Part shown: in pieces, positions 42,701-55,900 of the stretch
Layout: every line of letters starts with the position of its first letter
Position numbering within the stretch: the first letter of the stretch is position 1
Origin: Eledone cirrhosa
Lineage: Eukaryota
Direction: 5' to 3'
DNA length: 64,000 nt
Assembly (NCBI GenBank): GCA_964016885.1
Contig: OZ024746.1
Coordinates: 52,204,001-52,268,000 of the forward strand
Program-made: the position numbers and the translations under genes
Notes under the pieces: generated by a model
What the model was told of the DNA's origin: nothing
Seen by the model: only the letters and a program-made list of their open reading frames with translations
Database searches by the model: none

Positions 42701-45700
42701 GTTATACTGAGGATGGATTAGTGTATGGTATAGAATGGTGTATATAGGTGTGTGTTGTATGGTATGGAATTCTATGTATTGGGTATGTTATACTTAGTAT
42801 GGACTAGTGTATGTTATAGAATGGTGTATATAGGTGTGTCTTGTATGGTAAGGAATTCTATGTATTGAGTATGTTATACTTCGAATAGAGTTGTGTAATT
42901 TATAGAATGGTGTATATAGTGGTGTGTTGTATGGTATGGAATTTAATGTATTGGGTATGTTATACTTAATATGGAGTAGTGTATGGTATAGAATGCTGTA
43001 TATATGTGTGTGTTGTATGGTATGGAATTCTGTGTATTGGGTATGTTATACTTAGTATGGAGTAGTGTATGGTATAGAATGGTGTATATAGGCGTGTGTT
43101 GTATGGTATGGAACTCTATGTATTGGATATGTTATACTGAATATGGAATAGTGTATGGTATAGAATGGTGTATATAGGTGTATGTCGTAAGGTATGGAAT
43201 TCTATGTATTGGGTATGTTATAATTTGTATGGAGTAGTGTATGGTATAGAATGGTGTATATAGGTGTGTGTTGTATGGTATGGAATTCTATGAATTGGGT
43301 ATGTTATATTTAGTATGGAGTAGTGTATGGTATCGAATGGTGTATATAGGTGTGTGTTGTATGGTATGGAATTCTATGAATTGGGTATGTTATATTTAGT
43401 ATGGAGTAGTGTATGGTATAGAATGGTGTATATAGGTGTGTGTTGTATAGTATGGAATTCTATGTATTGGGTATGTTATACTTAGTATGGAGTAGTGTAT
43501 GGCATAGACTGGTGTATATAGGTGTGTGTTGTATGGTATGGAATGCTATGTATTGGGTATGTTATACTTAGTATGGAGTAGAGTATGGTATAGAATGGTG
43601 TATATAGGTGTGTGTTGTATGGTATGGAATTCTATGTATTGGTTATGTTATATTTAGTATGGAGTAGTGTATGGCATAGAATGGTGTATATAGGTGTGTC
43701 TTGTATGGTATGGAATTTTATGTATTGGGTATGTTATATTTAATATGGAGTAGTGTATGGTATAGAATGCTGTATATATGTGTGTGTTGTATGGTATGGA
43801 ATTCTATGTATTGTGTATGTTATATTTTGTATGGGGTATTGTATGGTATAGAATGGTGTATATAGGTGTGTGTTGTATTGTATGGAATTCTATGTATTGG
43901 GTATCTTTTACTTAGTATGGAGTAGTGTATGGCATAGAATGGTGTATATAGGTGTGTGTTGTATGGTATGGAATTCTATGTATTGGTAATGTTATACTTT
44001 GTATGGAGTAGTGTATGGTATAGAATGGTGTATATAGGTGTGTGTTGTATGGTATGGAATTCTATGTATTGGGTATGTTATACTTAGTATGGAGTAGTGT
44101 ATGGCATAGAATGGTGTATATAGGTGTGTGTTGTATGGTATGGAATGCTTTGTATTGGGTATGTTATACTTAGTATGGAGTAGAGTATGGTATAGCATGG
44201 TGTATATAGGTGTGTGTTGTATGGTATGGAATTCTATGTATTGGGTATGTTATACTTAGTATGGAGTAGTGTATGGTATAGTATGGTGTATATAGGTGTG
44301 TCTTGTATGGTAAGGAATTCTATGTATTGGGTATGTTATACTTTGAATAGAGTAGTGTATGGTATAGAATGGTGTATATAGGTGTGTGTTGTATGGTATG
44401 GAATTCTATGTATTGGGTATGTGATATTTAGTATGGAGTAGTTTATGGCATAGACTGGTGAATATAGGTGTGTGTTGTATGTTATGGAATGATATGTATT
44501 GGTTATGTTATACTTTGTATGGAGTAGTGTATGGTATAGAATGGTGTATATAGGTGTGTGTTGTATGGTATGGAATTCTATGTATTGGGTATGTTATAGT
44601 TAGTATGGAGTAGTGTATGGTATAGAATGGTGTATATAGGTGTGTGTTGTATGGTATGGCATTCTATGTATTAGATATGTTATACTGAGTATGGAGTAGT
44701 GTATGGTATATATTGGTGTATATAGGTGCGTGTTGTATGGTATGGAATTCTCTGAATTGGGTATGTTATATTTAGTATGGAGTAGTGTATGGCATAGACT
44801 GGTGTATATAGGTGTGTGTTGTATGGTATGGAATTCTATGTATTAGGTATGTTATACTGTGTATGGAGAAGTGTATGGTATAGAATGGTGTATATAGGTG
44901 TGTGTTGCATGGTATCGAATTCTATGTATTGGGTATGTTATACTTTGTATGGAGTAGTGTATGGTATAGAATGGTGTGTATAGGTGAGTGTTGTATGGTA
45001 TGGAATTCTATGTATTGGTTATGTTATACTTAGTATGGAGTAGTGTATGGCATAGAATGGTGTATATAGGGGTGTGTCGTATGGTATGGAATTCTATGTA
45101 TTGGGTATGTTATACTTAGTATGGAGTAGTGTATGGTTTAGAATGGTGTATATAGTTGTGTCTTGTATGGTAAGGAATTCTATGTATTGGGTATGTTATA
45201 CTTTGAATAGAACAGTGTATGGTATAGAATGGCGTATATAGGTGTGTGTTGTATGGTATGGAATTCTATGTATTAGGTATGTTATACTGAGTATGGAGTA
45301 GTGTATGGTATAGAATGGTGTATATAGGTGTGTGTTGTGTGGTATGGAATTCTATGTATTGGGTATGTTATACTGAGTATGGAGTAGTGTATGGTATAGA
45401 ATGGTGTATATAGGTGTGTGTTGTATGGTATGGAATTCTATGTATTGGGTATGTTATACTGAGTATGGAGTAGTGTATGGTATAGAATGGTGTATATAGG
45501 TGTGTGTTTTATGGTATGGAATTCTATGTATTGGGTATGTTATACTGAGCATGGAGTAGTGTATGGTATAGAATGGTGTATATAGGTGTGTGTTGTATGG
45601 TATGGAATTCTATGTATTGGGTATGTTATACTTTGAATAGAGTAGTGTATGGTATAGAATGGTATATATAGATGTGTGTTGTATGGTATGCAATTCTATG

Positions 45701-48700
45701 TATTGGGGATGTTATATTTAGTATGGAGTAGTGTATGGCATAGACTGGTGTATATAGGTGTGTGTTGTATGGTATGGAATTCTATGTATTGGGTATGTTA
45801 TACTTAGTATGGACTAGTGTATGTTATAGAATGGTGTATATAGGTGTGTCTTGTATGGTAAGGAATTCTATGTATTGAGTATGTTATACTTCGAATAGAG
45901 TTGTGTAATTTATAGAATGGTGTATATAGAGGTGTGTTGTATGGTATGGAATTTTATGTATTGGGTATGTTATACTTAATATGGAGTAGTGTATGGTATA
46001 GAATGCTGTATATATGTGTGTGTTGTATGGTATGGAATTCTGTGTATTGGGTATGTTATACTTAGTATGGAGTAGTGTATGGTATAGAATGGTGTATATA
46101 GGCGTGTGTTGTATGGTATGGAACTCTATGTATTGGATATGTTATACTGAATATGGAATAGTGTATGGTATAGAATGGTGTATATAGGTGTATGTCGTAA
46201 GGTATGGAATTCTATGTATTGGGTATGTTATAATTTGTATGGTGTAGTGTATGGTATAGAATGGTGTATATAGTTGTGTGTTGTATGGTATGGAATTCTA
46301 TGTATTGTTATGTTATATTTAGTATGGAGTAGTGTATGGTATAGAATGGTGTATATAGGTGTGTGTTGTACGGTATGGAATTCTATGTATTGGTTATGTT
46401 ATATTTAGTATGGCGTAGTGTATGGTATAGAATGGTGTATATAGGTGTGTCTTGTATGGTAAGGAATTCTATGTATTGGGTATGTTATACTTTGAATAGA
46501 GCAGTGTATGGTATAGAATGGTGTATATAGATGTGTGATGTATGGTATGGAATTTTATGTATTGGGTATGTTATATTTAATATGGAGTAGTGTATGGTAT
46601 AGAATGCTGTATATATGTGTGTGTTGTATGGTATGGAATTCTATGTATTGTGTATGTTATATTTTGTATGGGGTATTGTATGGTATAGAATGGTGTATAT
46701 AGGTGTGTGTTGTATTGTATGGAATTCTATGTATTGGGTATCTTTTACTTAGTATGGAGTAGTGTATGGCATAGAATGGTGTATATAGGTGTGTGTTGTC
46801 TGGTATGGAATTCTATGTATTGGTAATGTTATACTTTGTATGGAGTAGTGTATGGTATAGAATGGTGTATATAGGTGTGTGTTGTATGGTATGGAATTCT
46901 ATGTATTGGGTATGTTATACTGAGCATGGAGTAGTGTATAGTATAGAATGGTGTATATAGGTGTGTGTTGTATGGTATGGAATTCTATGTATTGGGTATG
47001 TTATACTTTGAATAGAGTAGTGTATGGTATAGAATGGTATATATAGATGTGTGTTGTATGGTATGCAATTCTATGTATTGGGGATGTTATATTTAGTATG
47101 GAGTAGTGTATGGCATAGACTGGTGTATATAGGTGTGTGTTGTATGGTATGGAATTCTATGTATTGGGTATGTTATACTTAGTATGGAGTAGTGTATGGC
47201 ATAGACTGGTGTATATAGGTGTGTGTTGTATGGTATGGAATTCTATGTATTGGGTATGTTATACTGTGTATGGAGTAGTGTATGGTATAGAATGGTGTAT
47301 ATAGGTGTGTGTTGTAGGGTATCGAATTCTATGTTTTGTGTATGTTATACTTAGTATGGAGTAGTGTATGGTATAGAATAGTGTATAGAGGTGTGTGTTG
47401 TATGGTATGGAATTCTATGTATTGGTTATGTTATTCTTAGTATGGAGTAGTGTATGGCATAGAATGGTGTATATAGGTGGGTGTTGTATGGTATGGAATT
47501 CTATGTATTGGGTATGTTATACTTAGTATGGAGTAGTGTATGGTATAGAATGGTGTATATAGGTGTGTGTTGTATGGTAAGGAATTCTATGTATTGGGTA
47601 TGTTATACTTTGAATAGAGTTGTGTTTGTTATAGAATGGTGTATATAGATGTGTGTTGTATGGTATGGAATTTTATGTATTGGGTATGTTATACTTAATA
47701 TGGAGTAGTGTATGGTATAGAATGCTGTATATATGTGTGTGTTGTATGGTATGGAATACTGTGTATTGGGTATGTTATACTTAGTATGGAGTAGTGTATG
47801 GTATAGAATGGTGTATATCGGTGTGTGTTGTATGGTATGGAATTCTATGTATTGGGTATGTTATACTGAGTATGGAGTAGTGTATGGTATAGAATGGTGT
47901 ATATAGGTGTGTGTTGTATGGTATGGAATTCTATGTATTGGGTATGTTATACTGAGTATGGAGTAGTGTATGGTATAGAATGGTGTATATAGGTGTGTGT
48001 TGTATGGTATGGAATTCTATGTATTGTGTATGTTATACTGAGTATGGAGTAGTGTATGGTATAGAATGGTGTATAAAGGTGTGTGTTGTATGGTATGGAA
48101 TTCTATGTATTACGTATGTTATACTGAGTATGGAGTAGTGTACGGTATAGAATGGTGTATATAGGTGTGTGTTGGATGGTATGGAATTCTATGTATTGGG
48201 TATGTTATACTGAGTATGGAGTAGTGTATGGTATAGAATGGTGTATATAGGTGTGTGTTGTATGGTATGGAATTCTATGTATTGGGTATGTTATACTGAG
48301 CATGGAGTAGTGTATGGTATAGAATGGTATATACAGATGTGTGTTGTATGGTATGGAATTCTATGTATTGGGGATGTTATATTTAGTATGGAGTAGTGTA
48401 TGGCATAGACTGGTGTATATAGGTGTGTGTTGTATGGTGTGGAATTCTATGTATTGGGTATGTTATAATTTGTATGGAGTAGTGTATGGTATAGAATGGA
48501 GAATAGGTGTGTGTTGTACGGTATGGAATGCTATGTATTGGGTATGTTATACTTTGTATGGAGTAGTGTATGGTATAGAATGGTGTATATAGGTGTGTGT
48601 TGTATGGTATGGAATTCTATGTATTGGGTATGTTATACTTAGTATGGAGTAGTGTATGGTATAGAATGGTGTATATAGGTGTGTGTCTTATGGTATGGAA

Positions 48701-49980
48701 TTCTATGTATTGGGTATGTTATACTTTGAATAGAGTAGTGTATGGTATAGAATGGTGTATATAGATGTGTGCTGTATGGTATGGAATTCTATGTATTAGG
48801 TATGTTATACTGAGTATGGATTAGTGTATGGTATAGAATGGTGTATATAGGTGTGTGTTGTATGGTATGGAATTCTATGTATTGGGTATGTTATACTTAG
48901 TATGGACTAGTGTATGTTATAGAATGGTGTATATAGGTGTGTCTTGTATGGTAAGGAATTCTATGTATTGAGTATGTTATACTTTGAATAGAGTTGTGTA
49001 ATTTATAGAATGGTGTATATAGTGGTGTGTTGTATGGTATGGAACTCTATGTATTGGATATGTTATACTGAATATGGAATAGTGTATGGTATAGAATGGT
49101 GTATATAGGTGTATGTCGTAAGGTATGGAATTTTATGTATTGGGTATGTTATAATTTGTATGGTGTAGTGTATGGTATAGAATGGTGTATATAGTTGTGT
49201 GTTGTATGGTATGGAATTCTATGTATTGTTATGTTATATTTAGTATGGAGTAGTGTATGGTATAGAATGGTGTATATAGGTGTGTGTTGTATGGTATGGA
49301 ATTCTATGTATTGGGTATGTTTTACTTAGTATGGAGTAGTGTATGGCATAGAATGGTGTATATAGGTGTGTGTTGTACGGTATGGAATTCTATGTATTGG
49401 GTATGTTATACTTAGTATGGAGTAGTATATGGTATAGAATGGTGTATATAGGTGTGTGTTGTATGGTATGGAATTCTATGTATTGGGTATGTTATACTTT
49501 GTATGGAGTAGTGTATGGTATAGAATGGTGTATATAGGTGTGTGTCGTATGGTATGGAATTCTATGTATTGGTTATGTTATATTTAGTATGGAGTAGTGT
49601 ATGGTCTAGAATGGTGTATATAGGTGTGTGTTGTATGGTATGGAATTCTATGTATTGTATATGTTATACTGAGTATGGTGTAGTGTATGGTACAGAATGG
49701 TGTATATAGGTGTGTCTTGTATGGTAAGGAATTCTATGTATTGGGTATGTTATACTTTGAATAGAGCAGTGTATGGTATAGAATGGTGTATATAGATGTG
49801 TGATGTATGGTATGGAATTTTATGTATTGGGTATGTTATATTTAATATGGAGTAGTGTATGGTATAGAATGCTGTATATATGTGTGTGTTGTATGGTATG
49901 GAATTCTATGTATTGTGTATGTTATATTTTGTATGGGGTATTGTATGGTATAGAATGGTGTATATAGGTGTGTGTTGTAT
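39742..49980. repeat. Domain B': duplicated copy of ~22.6-30.7 kb with internal indels
   Basis: Rare variants recur at offsets 17263 (TATAAGG 23075/40338; ATATCGG 22817/40080), 18810-18811 (AACAG 26401/45211; ORFs 25181/43992) and 19240 (ORFs 29101/48341). Confidence 0.9.
43233..43701. other. Domain-A-type tract (~5.5 monomers) embedded in domain B'; candidate gene-conversion tract
   Basis: The variant string matches 8941-9409 at offset 34292 and not its own duplication partner at ~41686-42153. Confidence 0.7.
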
Positions 49981-52900
49981 GGTATGGAATTCTATGTATT
50001 GGGTATGTTATATTTAGTATGGAGTAGTGTATGGTATAGAATGGTGTATATAGGTGTGTGTTGTATGGTATGGAATTCTATGTATTGGGTATGTTATACT
50101 TAGTATGGAGTAGTGTATGGCATAGACTGTTGTATATAGGTGTGTGTTGTATGGTATGGAATGCTATGTATTGGGTATGTTATAATTTGTATGGAGTAGT
50201 GTATGGTATAGAATGGTGTATATAGGTGTGTGTTGTATGGTATTGAATTCTATGTATGGTGTATGTTATACTTAATATGGAGTAGTGTATGGTATAGAAT
50301 GGTGTATATAGGTGTGTGTTGTATGGTATGGAATTCTATGAATTGGGTATGTTATATTTAGTATGGAGTAGTGTATGGTATAGCATGGTGTATATAGGTG
50401 TGTGTTGTATGGTATGGAATTCTATGTATTGGGTATGTTATACTGTGTATGGAGTAGTGTATGGTATAGAATGGTGTATATATGTGTGTGTTGTATGGTA
50501 TGGAATTCTATGTATTAGGTATGTTATACTGAGTTTGGAGTAGTGTATGGTATAGAATGGTGTATATAGGTGTTAGTTGTATGGTATGGAATTCTATGAA
50601 TTTGGTATGTTATATTTAGTATGGAGTAGTGTATGGTATAGACTGGTGTATATAGGTGTGTTGTATGCTATGGAATTCTATGTATTGGGTATGTTATACT
50701 TAGTATGGAGTAGTGTATGGTATAGAATGGTGTATATAGGTGTGTGTTGTATGGTATGGAATTCTATGTATTGTGTATGTTATATTTAGTATGGAGTAGT
50801 GTATGGTATAGAATGGTGTATATAGGTGTGTGTTGTATGGTATGGAATTCTATGTATTGGGTATGTAATACTTAGTATGGAGTAGTGTATAGCATAGACT
50901 GTTGTATATAGGTGTGTGTTGTATGGAATGGAATGCTATGTATTGGGTATGTTATACTTTGTATGGAGTAGTGTATGGTATAGAATGGTGTATATAGGTG
51001 TGTGTTGTATGGTATTGAATTCTATGTATGGTGTATGTTATACTTAATATGGAGTAGTGTATGGTATAGAATGGTGTATATAGGTGTGTGTTGTACGGTA
51101 TGGAATTCTATGTATTAGGTATGTTATACTGAGTATGGAGTAGTGTATGGTATAGAATGGTGTATATAGGTGTATGTTGTATGGTATGGAATTCTATGAA
51201 TTGGGTATGTTATATTTAGTATGGAGTAATGTATGGTATAGAATGGTGTATATAGGTGTGTGTTGTATGGTATGGAATTCTATGTATTGAGTATGTTATA
51301 TTTAGTATGGAGTAGTGTATGGCATAGACTGGTGTATATAGGTGTGTGTTGTATGGTATGGAATGCTATGTATTGGGTATGTTATACTTTGTATGGAGTA
51401 GTGTATGGTATAGAATGGTGTATATAGGTGTGTGTTGTATGGTATGGAATTCTATGTATTGGGTATGTTATACTTAGTATGGAGTAGTGTATGGTATAGA
51501 ATGGTGTATATAGGTGTGTGTTGTATGGTATGGAATTCTATATATTGGGTATGTTATCCTTAATATGGGGTAGTGTATGGTATAGAATGGTGTATAAAGC
51601 AGTGTGTTGTATGGTATGGAATTCTATGTATTAGGTATGTTATACTTTGAATAGAGTAGTGTATGATATAGTATGGTATATATAGATGTGTGTTGTATGG
51701 TATGGAATTCTATGTATTGGGTATGTTATATTTAGTATGGAGTAGTGTATGGTATAGAATGGTGTATATAGGTGTGTGTTGTATGGTATGGAATTCTATG
51801 TATTGGGTATGTTATACTTAGTATGGAGTAGTGTATGGCATAGAATGGTGTATATAGGTGTGTGTTGTATGGTATGGAATTCTATGTATTGGGTATGTTA
51901 TACTTTGTATGGAGTAGTGTATGTTATAGAATGGTGTATATAGGTGTGTGTTGTATGGTATGGAATTCTATGTATTCGGTATGTTATACTTAGTATGGAG
52001 TAGTGTATGGTATAGAATGGTGTATATAGGTGTGTGTTGTATGGTATGGAATTCTATGTATTGGTTATGTTATATTTAGTATGGAGTAGTGTATGGTATA
52101 GAATGGTGTATATAGGTGTGTGTTGTATGGTATGGAATTCTATGAATTGGGTATGTTATATTTAGTATGGAGTAGTGTATGGTATAGAATGGTGTATATA
52201 GGTGTGTGTTGTATGGTATGGAATTCTATGTATTGGGTATGTTATACTTTGTATGGAGTAGTGTATGGTATAGAATGGTGTATATAGGTGTGTGTTGTAT
52301 GGTATTGAATTCTATGTATTGGTTATGTTATATTTAGTATGGAGTAGTGTATGGTATAGAATGGTGTATATAGGTGTGTGTTGTATGGTATGGAATTCTA
52401 TGTATTGGGTATGTTATACTTAGTATGGAGTAGTGTATGGCATAGACTGTTGTATATAGGTGTGTGTTGTATGGTATGGAATGCTATGCATTGGGTATGT
52501 TATACTTTGTATGGAGTAGTGTATGGTATAGAATGGTGTATATAGGTGTGTGTTGTATGGTATTGAATTCTATGTATGGTGTATGTTATACTTAATATGG
52601 AGTAGTGTATGGTATAGAATGGTGTATATAGGTGTGTGTTGTATGGTATGGAATTCTATGAATTGGGTATGTTATATTTAGTATGGAGTAGTGTATGGTA
52701 TAGAATAGTGTATATAGGTGTGTGTTGTAGGGTATGGAATTCTATGTATTGGGTATGTTATACTTAGTATGGAGTAGTGTATGACATAGACTGTTGTATA
52801 TAGGTGTGTGTTGTATGGTATGGAATTCTATGTATTAGGTATGTTATACTGAGTATGGAGTAGTGTATGGTATAGAATGGTGTATATAGGTGTGTGTTGT

Positions 52901-55900
52901 ATGGTATGGAATTCTATGAATTGGGTATGTTATATTTAGTATGGAGTAGTGTATGGCATAGACGGGTTTATATAGGTGTGTGTTGTATGTTATGGAATGC
53001 TATGTATTGGGTATGTTATACTTTGTATGGAGTAGTGTATGGTATAGTATGGTGTATATAGGTGTGTGTTGTATGGTATGGAATTCTATGTATTGATTAT
53101 GTTCAACTTAGTATGGAGTAGTGTATGGCATAGAATGGTGTATATAGGTGTGTGTTGTATGGTATGGAATTCTATGTATTGGGTATGTTATACTTAGTAT
53201 GGAGTAGTGTATGGTATAGTATGGTGTATATAGGTGTGTCTTGTATGGTAAGGAATTCTATGTATTAGGTATGTTATACTTTGAATAGAGTAGTGTATGA
53301 TATAGAATGGTGTATATAGGTGTGTGTTGAATGGTAGGGAATTCTATGTATTGGGTATGTTATACTTAATATGGAGTAGTGTATGGTATAAAATGGTGTA
53401 TATAGGTGTGTGTAGTACGGTATGGAATTCTATGTATTGGGTATGTTATACTGTGTATGGAGTAGTGTATGGTATAGAATGGTGTATATATGTGTGTGTT
53501 GTATGGTATGGAATTCTATGTATTAGGTATGTTATACTGAGTTTGGAGTAGTGTATGGTATAGAATGGTGTATATAGGTGTGTGTTGTATGGTATGGAAT
53601 TCTATGAATTGGGTATGTTATATTTAGTATGGGGTAGTGTATGGTATAGACTGGTGTATATAGGTGTGTTGTATGGTATGGAATTCTATGTATTGGGTAT
53701 GTTATACTTAGTATGGAGTAGTGTATGGTATAGAATGGTGTATATATGTGTGTGTTGTATGGTATGGAATTCTATGTATTGGGTATGTTATACTTAGTAT
53801 GGAGTAGTGTATGGCATAGACTGTTGTATATAGGTGTGTGTTGTATGGTATGTAATGCTATGTATTGGGTATGTTATACTTTGTATGGAGTAGTGTATGG
53901 TATAGAATGGTGTATATAGGTGTGTGTCGTATGGTATTGAATTCTATGTATGGTGTATGTTATACTTAATATGGAGTAGTGTATGGTATAGTATGGTGTA
54001 TATAGGTGTGTGTTGTATGGAATTCTATGTATTGGGTATGTTATACTTAGTATGGAGTAGTTTATGGTATATAATGGTGTATATAGGTGTGTGTTGTATG
54101 GTATGGAATTCTATGTACTGATTATGTTAAACTTAGTATGGAGTAGTGTATGGCATAGAATGGTGTATATATGTGTGTCTTGTATGGTATGGAATTCTAT
54201 GTTTTCGGTATGTTATACTTAGTATGGAGTAGTGTATGGTATAGTATGGTGTATATAGGTGTGTGTTGTATGGTAAGGAATTCTATGTATTAGGTATGTT
54301 ATACTTTGAATAGAGTAGTGTATGGTATAGAATGGTGTATATAGGTGTGTGTTGAATGGTAGGGAATTATATGTATTGGGTATGTTATACTTAATATGGA
54401 GTAGTGTATGGTATAGAATGGTGTATATAGGTGTGTGTTGTACGGTATGGAATTCTATGTATTAGGTATGTTATACTGAGTATGGAGTAGTGTATGGTAT
54501 AGAATGGTGTATATAGGTGTATGTTGTATGGTATGGAATTCTATGAATTGGGTATGTTATATTTAGTATGGAGTAATGTATGGTATAGAATGGTGTATAT
54601 AGGTGTGTGTTGTATGGTATGGAATTCTATGTATTGAGTATGTTATATTTAGTATGGAGTAGTGTATGGCATAGACTGGTGTATACAGGTGTGTGTTGTA
54701 TGGTATGGAATGCTATGTATTGGGTATGTTATACTTTGTATGGAGTAGTGTATGGTATAGGATGGTGTATATAGGTGTGTGTTGTATGGTATGGAATTCT
54801 ATGTATTGGGTATGTTATACTTAGTATGGAGTAGTGTATGGTATAGAATGGTGTATATAGGTGTGTGTTGTATGGTATGGAATTCTATATATTGGGTATG
54901 TTATCTTTAATATGGAGTAGTGTATGGTATAGAATGGTGTATAAAGCAGTGTGTTGTATGGTATGGAATTCTATGTATTAGGTATGTTATACTTTGAATA
55001 GAGTAGTGTATGATATAGTATGGTATATATAGATGTGTGTTGTATGGTATGGAATTCTATGTATTGGGTATGTTATATTTAGTATGGAGAAGTGTATGGT
55101 ATAGAATGGTGTATATAGGTGTGTGTTGTATGGTATGGAATTCTATGTATTGGGTATGTTATACTTTGTATGGAGTAGTGTATGTTATAGAATGGTGTAT
55201 ATAGGTGTGTGTTGTATGATATCGAATTCTATGTATTGGGTATGTTATACTTTGTATGGAGTAGTGTATGGTATAGAATGGTGTATATAGCTGTGTGTTG
55301 TATGGTATGGAATTATATGTATTGGTTATGTTATACTTAGTATGGAGTAGTGTATGGTATAGACTGGTGGATATAGGTGTGTGTTGTATGGTATGGAATT
55401 CTATGTATTCGGTATGTTATACATAGTATGGAGTAGTGTATGGTATAGAATGGTGTATATAGGTGTGTGTTGTATGGTATGGAATTCTATGTATTAGGTA
55501 TGTTATACTTTGAATTGAGTAGTGTATGATATAGTATGGTATATATAGATGTGTGTTGTATGGTATGGAATTCTATGTATTGGGTATGTTATATTTAGTA
55601 TGGAGTAGTGTATGGTATAGAATGGTGTATATAGGTGTGTGTTGTATGGTATGGGATTCTATGTATTGGGTATGTTATACTTTGTATCGAGTAGTGTATG
55701 GTATAGAATGGTGTATATAGGTGTGTGTTGTATGGTATGGAATTCTATGTATTGGGTATGTTATACTGTGTATGGAGTAGTGTATGGTATAGAATGGTGT
55801 ATATATGTGTGTGTTGTATGGTATGGAATTCTATGTATTAGGTATGTTATACTGAGTTTGGAGTAGTGTATGGTATAGAATGGTGTATATAGGTGTGTGT

